Positions 1 to 12,700 of a stretch of 64,000 nt of DNA are shown piece by piece. Each line of letters opens with the position of its first letter. Within the stretch, counting starts at the first letter, position 1. The notes beneath the pieces were generated by a model, which did not search any database, had not been told where the DNA came from, and saw only the letters and a program-made list of their open reading frames with translations. The stretch covers positions 1,612,001-1,676,000 of the forward strand of contig JBLDXI010000011.1 of the NCBI GenBank assembly GCA_047495785.1, written 5' to 3'. The stretch is from Lepidodermella squamata. Taxonomy: Eukaryota > Animalia > Gastrotricha. Position numbers and translations under genes: made by a program.

Positions 1-102
1 TTCAGATGTCACTTTTGTGATCTTTGTAATAGATATAGGATGCATTCATATATTTATCCATGACAAATTATTCATTTTTTTCTTGCGTAGATTTATTAAA
101 GA

Positions 103-806
103 ATGTTGCCTAATCTACAACAAGCGCCAGCTGTTCCGTTGTACCGGAAAAGGCCGCATTGTTTACTCGGTCTTGGATTCAGTGCGGATGATGGCTTACT
201 GCTCGAAGATGGCATTGAGCTTCAACCTGACCAGAAGCACCCTCGAGTCGAGATCAGCGATTCGTTGCAGAAAATGACAATCGGAGCGCAAGAATTCGCT
301 GCAAATCCGGCAGATCATTTCAAAAATCCAGAAGCGACTGCGACGCCATCAAACTCGCCGGAAGATGTCGAAATGCTGCCAATATCCGATGAAGATACGA
401 AGACCGCTCAAAATACTATTGCTACTGCTATTGATGATGACGATTTGGAAGATCTGCCTTCAACTAGCTCAGAGCCGGGTGGAATTATTTTCAAAGTACC
501 TCTTTACCAACTCATCTCCTCGCCTCCTCAAGACAAATTTTTGAAAGAAAATCCGTAAGTACTAGCTAATATTGTTGGATTTTTTTTAGCTTCGTTGTTT
601 AAAGGTGGATTCAGGCTAATGCTGGTGATAAGGCACTTGTGGTGTGGCAGCCATCTCCTTTCAGGGCAGCAGAGTCAAATCGAGTGCCATCAAATTGCAG
701 TACGACATCATCTTCGAGCGCCTCAGATGCAATGCCAACTGATAGCGATGACGATCGCGATTCAGGTCATATCGATGAAGAGCCACTCGACCCTGATTAT
801 GACTAG
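103..806 (+). CDS. Two-exon acidic/disordered protein (~217 aa), CCDC117-like; exons 103-554, 605-806
   Basis: ORF 103-558 contains a GTAAGT donor at 555. Splicing to the AAAG acceptor at 604 continues in frame (PWIQANAGDKALVVWQPSP...DPDYD*). AATAAA follows at ~880. The basic RKRPH..KHPR segment and the ALVVWQP motif recall the CCDC117 family; this is recognition from memory only. Confidence 0.55.
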
Positions 807-1342
807 TAGGCGTTGTCTTGACTCGATAATTTCATATTCATGTCTTTCATCTGCGTGTGTAAATAATACTTATTGTTATAATAAATAAGTAGTAAATCGG
901 TGGTTCAATAATTCGCTGCTGATCTATGATCTCTCTCGCGTATGTATCAGGTTCATTTGATTCGACGCGTTGTTTTGTTGATGATTATAACAAACCTGTC
1001 GCCTCCCGCCCGCCGCGAAAGCCGAAGCGTGTGGACGCATCTCACGACGAAAGGGCGCGCCTTATTTACGACATCTATTGTTGTGTTATTAATGCGCGCG
1101 CGCACCGTGCCGTTTTATTAAGTAGACATCGTACACACCTAGTCGTTTGTTTGCGATACTACGCCACACGCAACTGCCAAAGACCTGTAAATTATACTGT
1201 CAATTCGGTGCGAAATGTGACCGCCAAAAACACGCGTCCATTTTATTATTATACAATTAATTTTCATGACATATCACCCTTCTGCCTTAATTTTTTTAGA
1301 TTTTTTCTGAACAAAATTATTCGAAAAAATGACGTGACTATA

Positions 1343-4300
1343 ATGATTTTATACTTGCTGCTCATCGCATTTTCGACTTGCGAAGCATTCGAACGGCCGG
1401 TTTCTGTAATTTTCGATGGATCCAGCCCGTCGGCAGTTTGCGGCGCCTCGTATACCGGCTATTCGTTTCAAATGTCAATGTCGTGTCTACGACCGGCGGC
1501 AAATGCTGTGATTTTGGCGTCTTCAAACTTCAGCAATTCCATCCCTCGTTCGTCATGCTCGGCTAATTTTGTGACGCCCTGGACGCCTGCGTTGCCGAGA
1601 ATGTTTTTCATTGTGAAAATCACGCGTTTGCGGGTTCCGGCCGGTTCGAGGCTGCGAATCATTTCAGTCAATTCGAACGGTTCGCCGGTCGGAAATGCTG
1701 ATGTCGATGTTCGAAGTGGAAATCTCGATAATTTCAGAGAACAGGTACGCTTTAAATCTCAAGAAATTAGCTGAGCACTTAATTTTTCGGAATCATGTTG
1801 TATTATTTTGCGAATTTTCCCTCATCTCAAATTAAATTGAAAAAATAATTGAAATTTAATTTAATTTCAAATATTAAAAAATTAATTTTAAGCGCACTTG
1901 ATCGTAAGAATTCCTGAAATTGAAGAAGCGGGACGCGCAAATTGAAAGCTTTCAGCGTTAATTAACGATGATGTTAGCACTTGAGTTCGCTTCCCTCGGC
2001 ATTGTTTCATTTCCTCCCCATTAAAATGTGATTATAGCATTCTATTTATTGCAAATCTCCCTTGAAAAGCTGCGGACAGGGTTGAAAATGGGGCCAAAGT
2101 TGGCATTTTTTCGAAAGCATGTCATAGAAATATCATTGAAAGACACATTAAAATTGGACATTTGATTAAAAGCTGTCATTTAGCGAAATTGAATTATAGA
2201 AGGCTAATCACCGTTACTAATTTTTTCCAAAAGCCTAATCGAACGCAATTTCATAAGTTTTGCAGTTACGTGATGAAATGCAAGAAAAAAGGCTGAGAAA
2301 TTGTTCAAAATTCGCAATCTGAGAATTGAAGAAAGGAAAGAAATTAATTCGTTGGGGAACCAAGTAGCGTGTCCCTTAACTATATTCTAATTTTAAAAAA
2401 TTTCGCAGGAAATTGATTTATTTTTCTAAAATTAATCCCCCGGGATAAAATTTATCCGCAATTTCACCGCAAATTTAGCGGAGAACCCGATGGTAACTGG
2501 TTCGGTAATTTTCCGTATTTCAGCCGGTCTACTTCTCTTTTTCATTTATTTCACAATTCATTCTTCATCGCCTTATTTCTATGGTATTTGGAACATTCCT
2601 ACATGCGCATGATAAAATTTTCCCATTGGGAAATTGAATTTCTCTATGGCTGAATTAAATTTTTTAAGGCAGACTTTTTATTTCAATTTTTTACGTTATT
2701 TTCACAGGGGTATGACCCTTTAACACCCCAAAAAGTGGCTCCAGATAGTGCGCATGTAGGAATAGCACTGGCTATCGCTAGCCATAGAGTATTCCCTTAT
2801 TTCTGGCCTTGAAATGTGATCTCTAATTTGAGACATTCTGATTTCTTTTCCATGTATTTTTCGCTTGCGTTAATTTAAGCACGCCCTGTAAAAATCAGGG
2901 CCAAAATTATTGAGAAAATCAAATATTTGAAAACAAAAAGTCTTGAAAATTAGCGCTAGAGCCTTTAAAATAAGCGGTGCAAAGGTCACAATAAATCGGA
3001 AAAAAATAACGAACGGCATCAGATCGCGTGCGCGACTAGCAAAAAAACAGCCACGTAACAATCGCATTTTCGCCTCGAAAGAGCACGCGTTTCAATATTC
3101 TTCAATCAAAAAATCTCATGATGAAAAGTATTTATCATGATTTTAGTCTCCTATATTAATAGGAAAACATTTGATTTTTTCCTAAATTTTTCTAGCATGG
3201 ATCTGAGTATGTCGAAATGACCGGTACAATCCGAGTGATGTGGGAATCAACGAACCCTGTCATCGACTGGGGCTCAACCTGCGTGCCGTACACGCTCGAC
3301 TTCGACCTCGCAATCATGGCCTTCTGGCCGCGCTGGGTCAACCGAACAAGCGGCGCCCTCGAGTGCCCGATGGGCTCGTTCGAATGCCGCCGCATCCACT
3401 ACTGCCTGCCGCGGCAGTTCGTCGGCGATGGCGTGAATCACTGCGTCGATGGCGACGACGAGCTGGGCGTCTTCCCTGGGTCGAACCAGCACAATTCGTA
3501 CCCAGACACCGACCAACCGCCCCCGCTGCCCTACTCGCCGACGAATACGGTGAACGGCCCTGGACTGGGCGCGTTTAACAGCGCGATTTTTGTACCGTTG
3601 ATTGTTTTTGTAATAATTTGCGTCTTTCTCGCGGCTTGCATTGTGCGCAGTCGAGTCGCGTGCCGGCAATTAGCGCTGCGACAGGCCACGTTCAGCGAGG
3701 CGTGTCGGCAGATTTTCTGCGGCTTCCGCTCGTCGATTCGGCTGTCTGTCCGGCCGACTGATCGCCTGCAAATGCCACCGACTATTCGAGTGAGGAATCA
3801 GCAACAGCAGCAGCAGGCTGATTTGGCGGGGAATGACGGCGGCATCAGTTCGGACCCGCTGGGCGTCCCGTCGCAGTACCGGTCGTCAGGGTTCAGCACG
3901 TCGAGTGGCGGGTTTCGCCGGTGGCAGGAGCAGTTTTTACGAAGCCACCCCTCGCCGGCTACCAGTGTTAACATCATTCCAAGTGAGTTTTAAAATCTGA
4001 TTTTTTTCACTTTCATAACTTAAAAATAAACCAAGCTGAAACTGCTAAATAATTTTAAGGAGGTGATTTATTTGAATTTTTAAATGAAAAACTAAATTCC
4101 CGAAGTAAAGCGAATTTGTTATTGAAAAATCAAAATTCCACCTTAAATGCCTAAAGGAACTCCGCAAGTGAAAATAAATTGTGTTGAATGACAAATTGAA
4201 CGCCCTTAATTTTGAAATTTTTTCTCAAGTTCTATTTTTCGTTTAACCTCGACACTTGGGCTCTGAAATTTCAAATTTTGTTGAAGATTTCAAATTTATT

Positions 4301-7300
4301 ATTAAATTATCATATTTATTTGAAATATTATTGAAAACTATCCTGCGATTTATTTTATTAGAGGAGCAAAGGGATTATTTCAAAAAATTTAATATTTTGC
4401 CTTCAATATTGAAAATGATCGAAAAATGATTGAATTTTTAGGAAAAGAATCTACTTTCTGGTAGCGAGTGGTTATTCTTAAAAAATCGTGTAAATCTAAA
4501 GACTTTGGGAGATGCTGAGTGGCTTTTCTTCATGACTTCAAGAATATAAGCTTAGTTTTCAGAAAAGGGATGGCCATTTTGAGAAATTAGGTGAGTCCGC
4601 CACAAAATAGCTGAGGTGAAAGTCGCCTTGGGGCAATCAGTTGTCAAAAATCGCCTTTTGGAGGTGTTAGCTAAAGGAGAAGCTCAGAAAAACAATAAAC
4701 AACTTGGGTTAAGTAATTATCATCAAATTGAAGTGGCACCGAGAAAATTATAAGTAACGAAATAAAAGCCCAGCGTAATCTGGTCGATGACTCTTGCCTC
4801 GGTAGCTCGCTTCTGCTGCGTCTTGGGCTGCTTCTACTGCCCGCCACAGCTCCGTCCGCTCTCGCCTCGCCGCGGCCAACTCGGCCAGAACGGTCTACAG
4901 CGAATCTTACAAGTACCGAAAAACAAATTAAAAAGATGATGTAAGTTGGGACGAGATGTCCCCTCGAGGCAACGGACGGCAGCCCACAACTCGCCGATTT
5001 CTGCTGCTTGCGCTTCGGCGGCAGCTGTGACCCGTGCGTCGACGACTTGGCCGCCATTGCTGTTAGTATCTGAATGATTCCAGATGAATGAGAAGCACAG
5101 GCAAACGATGATCATCGTGCATTTGAGTTGTATGCTAATCGATCATTGAATTGTAGCGAATTTCCAAACAAAAAAACCCAATTAGGTATTTTTTACCGGA
5201 TGTCTTCCGGACAAATTATGAAAATTGCATAAAACATAGGAATTTAATCAGTCTCAAATTAAATAATCATCATCAATTAATCATTCTCAGATTAAACGTA
5301 AGCTTACCGTTGCCAGTTTTTGGAGTGGAAATTGCAAATGTAGCAGGAAGTTCTGAGGTTTCAGCACGATCTGTATTCTGATCTTGAGACATTATTTCAC
5401 CGAACTTTTTCCTGACAAATCATGATAGTTGCAGAATAATTTGTCATTGTCCTATACTTTTGTAACCATCCTGCAATTTTGTTTCCTTTCTACTTTCAAG
5501 AGCCGATACATGGAGGGCTATAAATCTTGCGTGTTATAGCTCTTGAATAAATAAATAAATTGAGCAATTACAACATGAAACTCGACACGTTCTAAGAGTA
5601 AACGTCGGAAAAGATAGCTTACGGATCTCGGTTGAAGCAGCAGCAGGAGTATCACGGGTAGCAGCAACAGGAGAGTCACGAGTATTAGTGGTTTCCATTA
5701 TGCTTTTCTTTCTTTGCAAAAAAATTGAATTTTTCTAACAGATGAAAAAAGGTTTTGTGGATGAAATTTTTCAAGAAGGAAATGAGCTGGATGATCTGTT
5801 TTGATCTTGAGACATTATTAGAATAATAAGCAACTTTTTAAGAAACACAGGAATTGCTGAAATCTTGGGCTTGGGCGGCCCGCCCGCCTCAGCTCCGTCC
5901 GCTCTAGCCTCGCCGCGGCCAACTCTGCCAGAATCGCCTGCAACACGTCTTGCATAGTTGAGAAGCACAAGAAACGATGAAAACAAAGCATGAACACCTT
6001 GGGTCACGAGATTAAAGCGAATCTCACAAGTACCGAGAATTAACCAAAAAAAAATCGAACTAAATTTAAGGCTAAACCATTTGGTAGTTAACCAAATTTC
6101 CTCAAGGCAAATAGCAGCATTTAAACATAGGACATTACTCAGAATGAATGTATAAAAACTCTTGCGATGCCTTCAATCATCAGTAAAACAAGCCATGCAA
6201 CCGAATTAGAAGATGGGAAATTAGACACTTTCTCAGAGAATAGCTTACACAGATGAGCCGTTGAGCTGTGTTTCAGCAGTTGTGTCGTCTTGATTTTCCG
6301 AGATTTTTTTCGATAGAAGTTGCAACAAGACAGTTGCTTAATATGATCAAGTTACTTGCGATGGGACGAGATGTCCCATCGGGGCGGCATACGGCATCCC
6401 GCAACTCGCCGATTTCGGCAGCCTGAGCTTGGACGGCATCCCGCAGCTCGCCGATTTCGGCAGCCTGCGCTCAGGCGACAGCTTGGGCGGCTTCAGCTAC
6501 CCGCCTCACCGCGGCCAATTTGACTCGTACGGCGGCCAGCTCTTCGGCTTCGGCGGCCCGCTTAACGATGGCCAGCTCGGCCACAATGGCCTTAGTCAGT
6601 TCAGCAATGTCTTCAAGGATCAGTAAAAAAGCCATTCAACATAATTTTAAGATAGCTTACCGGTTATCGGTAGTTTGAGATCGCTTTTGTATGTTCGCAA
6701 AAATTGAAAAAAGGTTGTTCGAAGAAATTGTTCGTTGGAACAGATTTCCGAAGTTCTCAAGAAAAAAAGAAAATAATAATTAGGAATAAAATTATGAAAA
6801 AATTAGAAAGCCGACGTTTTGGGCTGCTTCTGCTGCCCGCCTCACCGTGGCCAACTCTTGGGCTTGTGCTAAATCTTGGATTGGAGGCTTCGGCGGCAGC
6901 TTGTGCGGCTTCTGCAGCCCGCTTCACCGTGGCCAACTCGGCCAGAACGGTCTGTATCAATTCTCGTAGTTCTCGTGTCATTTAATTACAGCGACTCTCG
7001 TACTCAGTACCGAGAACATCGAAATTAACCAAATAAAACTCAACTAAATATAATGGTAAGCCATTCGGTATTTCTTTGTGGCAAATTTCTTAGAAGAAAT
7101 TGATCTCTTCCTTGAAATATAGCTTACAGCCATTGAGTTGGTGGAAGTAGGATCGGAGTGAATTTGAGAACGTTTCGACGTAGCAACAATACCTGTTACA
7201 AAAATTTTTGAGTACTTCATATCCGAGTCCTGATTGCTTTCAGTGCTTTTTCTTGAATTTTTCGGCGCATATGTCGCATCGGAAATCGTCGGACGAATCA

Positions 7301-8895
7301 GGCTCCTGGGTCGCGACATTAATATTTTAAGCGATGGAGCACGTTTTAGTTTTTCATCTTTGTGGCTCGAATAGACTCCTTTCGCCACAATACTTATAAA
7401 TCCGAGTCCTGATTGGTTTCAGTGTTTTTCGATTTTCAACAAATTTTACAAAAATGATCAGCATAAATGTTAAAATCCGAATAATTTATTTCGTATAAAT
7501 CGTCCAGAAATGGCCTTACAATACACACACAATACACACACAGTCTGTCACTTTGTATATATTGTATATATTGTAGGCCCATTTGAAGCGTTTTGTGAAG
7601 AATAAGAAAACGTCATATCAGCCTTCGAGTCTTCGAGTTATATCCGAGTTGAATAATTCGCTCTTAACATCTCATGTCAACCCGGTATGAGAACTTGAGA
7701 GAAGTTGCAGCCAGAGGGCGATTCGGACTGAATATTGTCAAATTTCTCTAGAATTTCGATTAACCTTGGGATATCGCGTGAAGTTGTAAGATTGTTATGT
7801 TGTTTTGATGAAATGTATTATTTGTCGTTGAGATTTTGCATTGATATTGTCATCCGTCGAGCCAAAGTTCAATTTAGAGGATACTGCCATCGTCGTCCGC
7901 GGCGAGTGGAGCGGACGTTCGGCCGCCCAGCGGAGACTGCCTCGGTGAGTTGTTGGCGCTCGCCGAATTCATTGCCTCTTCGGCCTTGATTATGGGCAAA
8001 AACGTTCCATTGCGTCGGATTTGTGTCTTTTCATCGGAAGGATTTTGCCACCAATATCAGCGGTTAAAATAAAGTTCAAATACAAAAAAGATAGTAAATA
8101 CGGATTTCTAAGTCTAAAACGAGTTACTGACGAAAGCCGTTCAATAGAATTTCAATAAAGCTCAGCGTTGTTCTCAGCCATTTTCAAGAAAAGGAAGAAT
8201 GGAAAATATTAAAAAATGAATAAATTATAGGCAAAATATTGATAAATTTTTCTTTCGTGAAAATTTGAATTGAGCGGAATAAATATTCAAAAATTCCCAA
8301 TCGCAATTATTTTTTCGCAATATTTTTGTTCAATTTTCCTGGATATCCTGGATCACAATTTTTTCGCAATATTAATTCGAATTTTTTTTTTAATTTTTTA
8401 GAAGAATTCGACATGTCCCCGCCGAGTTACGAAGAAGCGTTGCGGCTGCCCTCGGCAAACACGCGGTCGATAACGGACTGGTTTGGCCATTTCAAAGCGT
8501 CCGAAGCTGTCGACGACTCATCGGCCGACCAGCCTAACAATAATACCGAACAAACTGCTGTTGTACCTGTGATTAGCGCCCTGAATGCACCCCCACCGCC
8601 GCTGCCTTCAGACCACCGAAACAACGACGGCAACTGGCATCGACTGGCTGAATCGATTGACCAAAGTTTGACTTCAGTCATATCGCTTTCATCGACCAAT
8701 TTATCGACAACAGCCGGCGGCGGGGTAGAAAATACGACGACGACCAATAATATTACCAATAATCGAACTGCTGCTGCGATATCGACGAGTGAAAGCGCGC
8801 TGCCGGTGAGTCATGACGATGAATCACCGGCTAGCCCGTCCAGGCCTCAGAGCATGGTTTTACTTGAAGACCAGTCTTCAGTTGAATGGGTCTAG
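1343..8895 (+). CDS. Type I membrane protein (~560 aa): signal peptide, CUB-like beta domain, one LDL-receptor class A repeat, TM helix, cytoplasmic PPSY motif; exons 1343-1744, 3196-3982, 8402-8895
   Basis: Signal peptide MILYLLLIAFSTCEA. Junctions CAG|GTACGC...CTAG|CAT (phase 0) and A|GTGAGT...TTAG|AA (phase 1) are both frame-compatible. LDLa repeat CPMGSFECRRIHYCLPRQFVGDGVNHCVDGDDE; TM AIFVPLIVFVIICVFLAACIV; SPPSYEEAL; C-terminus SVEWV. Confidence 0.85.
2595..2763. repeat. Small inverted-repeat (MITE-like) element in intron 1
   Basis: ATTCCTACATGCGCA (2595-2609) is inverted at 2749-2763; no clear target duplication. Confidence 0.35.
4660..7420 (-). repeat. Internally duplicated modular insert in intron 2, with antisense exon-like units encoding Ser/Thr-rich and Ala/Glu coiled-coil peptides
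   Basis: Recurring blocks: GGGACGAGATGTCCC (~4948, ~6363), CAACTCGCCGATTTC (~4987, ~6402), CTCCGTCCGCTCT.GCCTCGCCGCGGCCAACTC (~4850, ~5893), TGATCTTGAGACATTATT (~5379, ~5802). Five minus-strand GTAAGCT donors occur at 5301, 5616, 6242, 6654 and 7121. Confidence 0.6.
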
Positions 8896-9779
8896 TTCGA
8901 GGGAAAAAAATCGACAAAAAATTCATCGCGTTCTCGTATCTTTGAAAAAAGCTTTATTTTGCGATCTTACGCACTGTTGAAAAAGGTTGACGTCCAATTT
9001 CGAGGAAAAATGCCATTAAATTCCAAAATTGAAATCAAAATAAAAAAATTTCTTAAAATTTGATAAAATAATTCGATTATCGATTTTTTTATTTAAATTC
9101 GATTTTTATCAAAATATTTTGAAATTTATAGTTTTAAAGTTGAAATAATTGGCTTGTTAGATTTTTCAAGAAAATTCACAGTAATATTAATTTTTAATTT
9201 TTTGAAATTTCCAAATAATGGCATTTTTGTCCGAAAAGAGGACATTTTTGTAATTTGGGCCCGACTCACCATAATTGTTGTCTCGAGATCTTGAAATCAT
9301 CACTCATTGTTATTTCTTCTGTTTTTGTTCTAATTTCCGCTCTTGGAGCTGGTCCTTTAACCATCCATTGCTCTCCTCTTCCCATTTCTACTTTCCTTCC
9401 TCAAAAAAAATAATCATACCTTCTTTAACATCAAAAATAATGCAAAGAAGCCTCTCTTTTTTCTACCTTTTGTCTCGTGCTTTTCCAGAAAAAAATTGCT
9501 CCAAATTTCTTTCACGAAAAAAAGATAATAATAACATGATTTTGGTTGTATGGCGGCGATATTCATGTGTTCGGCAGCTCACTTATCCGGTTGTGGCTTT
9601 TCATTGTTTTCCCTTGAATCAACGCGAAATAATTCGATTTTACCTCAATGATTGAAATTTAAACGCAAATTGTTGTGTTTTTTTTATGTGTCTGATAAGA
9701 TTTGATGATGATGAATTTTTATTTCTGTGCCTAATAATTGAAAACGCTAATATTTGTACAATATCAATAAAATCGGTCG

Positions 9780-12700
9780 ATTTTTGAGACGAGTTCATTT
9801 TTCGCACCTGTAATAAACAGCCGGCGGTGATTGGCAGCTAAATTGCGGCGTTGCTATGGCGACGCTATTCAATTTCAATTTCAAATTATTTTTTTTTCAG
9901 TTAAATTGTTTTTCAATGCAAGTGCAGCGCGCGCAAAAGGTAAACAAGATGCGAGCTGTGAGTTGCAATTGATACCTTAAGGCTGCATTTTGAGCCTAAT
10001 GAGGTGCTAAACGGCTACTCGAGATGTTGATGGCAAATTGTTTGCGCGGGATTTTTTTTTGTCACCCTGCTAATACTCGTAAGCACACGGACAGCGGCGG
10101 GTTGGTTATATTTCTCATGGTTTTTCGAGGAAGTGGCGACGCGAGCCGGCGCTTTTATCATCACAGCGCGCGGCTACTATCTTATTCCGTGATAATATCT
10201 TAGGTTGCAGCAGCAGGCCTCCCAAGTGGCGATTCTCACCGCACGCTCGCCGGCTATCTTCCCCTATTATAGGTAAGTATATCACTCGACCGGTTACACA
10301 GCCACATGGTCAAAAGTCCACGTAAAATGCAGCTCAATTTGTCCACCCTAATTTACTTCGCGTACTTGTGATGAGATGATGGCCATCAACAACAAGCTTC
10401 CGATGTGAGATGCCCTTGATTTTAGCTATACTTAAGGCTTTAGGATATCTTTTAAGGAAATTATAAGTTCAATTTTTTTTTAATTTTAAATTATTATTTT
10501 TTTGTTCAAAAGCATTTTTTTCAACGTAGGACGACGAAATATAATGATGATAATATAGTCGACTGTTTTATTGCCCCTAATTTAACTCGATGATCATTTG
10601 TCGACTCGAATAACTGCGCATTTATAAAATGCACATTTCATCAGCCTTTTTTTAAAGTATAATCATTATAGTTTGGACATATTCCGAAAAAATATGGGTC
10701 AATATTGAAGAAAGTCACCACTCAGCTCCAGATTTTCAAAACACGTATTTGCAGTTTTTGAACATATTCGAACAACGTCTATCCTTACTGCTCGTTGAAT
10801 TAGAAAAATGCCAGTTTTTCGAATGGATCCTAAACAATTTTAAATTTTCAAGTTTTTTCAGCGGGTCCTATCTTTTATGTTGAAAGCTGCATAAAAATCC
10901 GGAACCTTTGAGAGCTCGGATTCAGTCTGTACCATTAACCAGCAGATGGTATTTACCTTGGACAAACCCATGTTTTTCACCGGTTAAAAATCTGCTGCTT
11001 TTAGGGAAAAAGAAACGTAGGGAAAAGGTAATTCCTTATTTTTTTTAATATTTTACTAAATTTTTATTGATTTTCTGCGAATGCTCTCTTTTGCATATAT
11101 AAAGGCATTAAGCATTTCAAGGCTCGCCTTTGACAAGGATCGAATTTTTAAGAATTTCAAGAATTCACTGCTTGAATTTTTCTGAAGATCTATTCGGCTC
11201 CAATCACCTTGAGTTTTATGCCAAGCGAAAGCTGGGAACACAGAATTTTTTAAATTCCATATTGTTGACGATCAACCTTAAATCTTTTGCAAAGTCCAAA
11301 GTGTCCAAGGCTACCCAATTTCCACAGCAAAATTTTTCATCTTAAAACTCTCACCATCATTTTTCTATCTTCATAGTACATTTCACCTATTTAGTTCGCT
11401 CACACTTGTTGTAGAGTGCAATCGATTATAGCCGGAAATCAATCGACCAGCCATGTGAATGATTAGATTGCCACATTGGCCGCGATTTGTGCCTCACGAG
11501 GTGACCACAAGACCAAATAGCATTAATTACTGGTCTCATACTCGCAAAAACATATGTCTCATCTACTAAAGCCTGTGTGACTTTGCCCCGATAAGTTAAC
11601 GCGCTAATAATCGCCCATCTCAGGGCGCGTATGTTGGTAATATTACTAATAATTAACTTTTATATACAGAGTGAAACACACATTTTTCGCCTCTTGTTCG
11701 TTCCATTAGGCACGCTTGTAAAAGTAACGCTCGAGTAGCGCCTAGCCGCAAGGCGGCGCGCTAAATTGGCGCAAAATCCCCCTAAAAATATATTCTAATA
11801 TACGATGACTTTGCTCTAAATATTAAATCAGATGCCCGTCGGCTATTTAATCCGTGCGACTTTGGCCATGCGATACACGCGCTTTGCATTGTTAAACAGG
11901 GTGACCTCATCGGTGACCTGTACCCAGCCGAGTATATAATATATTATTATTATTATAACTATCACGTAATAATAAATCCTTTTGTATAAATGTAACTAAT
12001 AATGATAAACAAAATCTAAGAAAAGACAGTCAAATTATTCAACGCAAAATTTAGGGCGGCGCTTTTCAGAGACAAGCTTCAAAGCTAAATTGCGCACTTT
12101 ATTAAGTAGGGTGACTCTAACTGCGCGCGCGCGATTGATACGCCGAGTAATTTAACGACGATGATCAGGAACGCGTTTAAACCCACAGCCGGCGTCCACT
12201 TGCAAGCAAACGACGCGATTTTCTTGTTATAACAATATAATTTATTTTTAAGGCGGAATTTATATATAGCCCCTCATTTATCATTATACACAGATATTTG
12301 CGGCGCAACTTTTGATTTGTATCAAAAGACAAAGCGGCAAAGTGATATTATTAACTGTATATGTGTGTAAGATAATAAGGCCGCCAAACTTTGACTTGTG
12401 CGTCGATGCGCGCGCGCGCTTTTATTACATTCATCATCATCAACGTTTTCGCGCATTTCTGCGCGCGCGCAAAAACAAAGAACACGCGCGCGCACTTCAT
12501 TATTACTATCATAATCAACATGCTCTCGCGTTATTATTATTATAAAATAGAAAAATTGTAATTTTATTTATTTATTTATTATTTTTATTTATTATTATCA
12601 ACTGCGCATTTTTAGCCGCATGTGTCGCAATCTATATAGATTAGATTCATGTATTATATTAATCATATTATATGTATACAGAGGCCGTCAAATTTTTGTC

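Noticed and set aside
926-1342. N-terminal 139 codons of ORF 926-1774
   Set aside because: Promoter/UTR-like sequence. The signal peptide starts at ATG 1343, preceded by an acceptor-like AG.
3240-3669. Overlapping alternative-frame and antisense ORFs over GC-rich exons (also 19239-19642, 20925-21916, 31873-32166)
   Set aside because: Shadow ORFs expected from the codon bias of the real exons.
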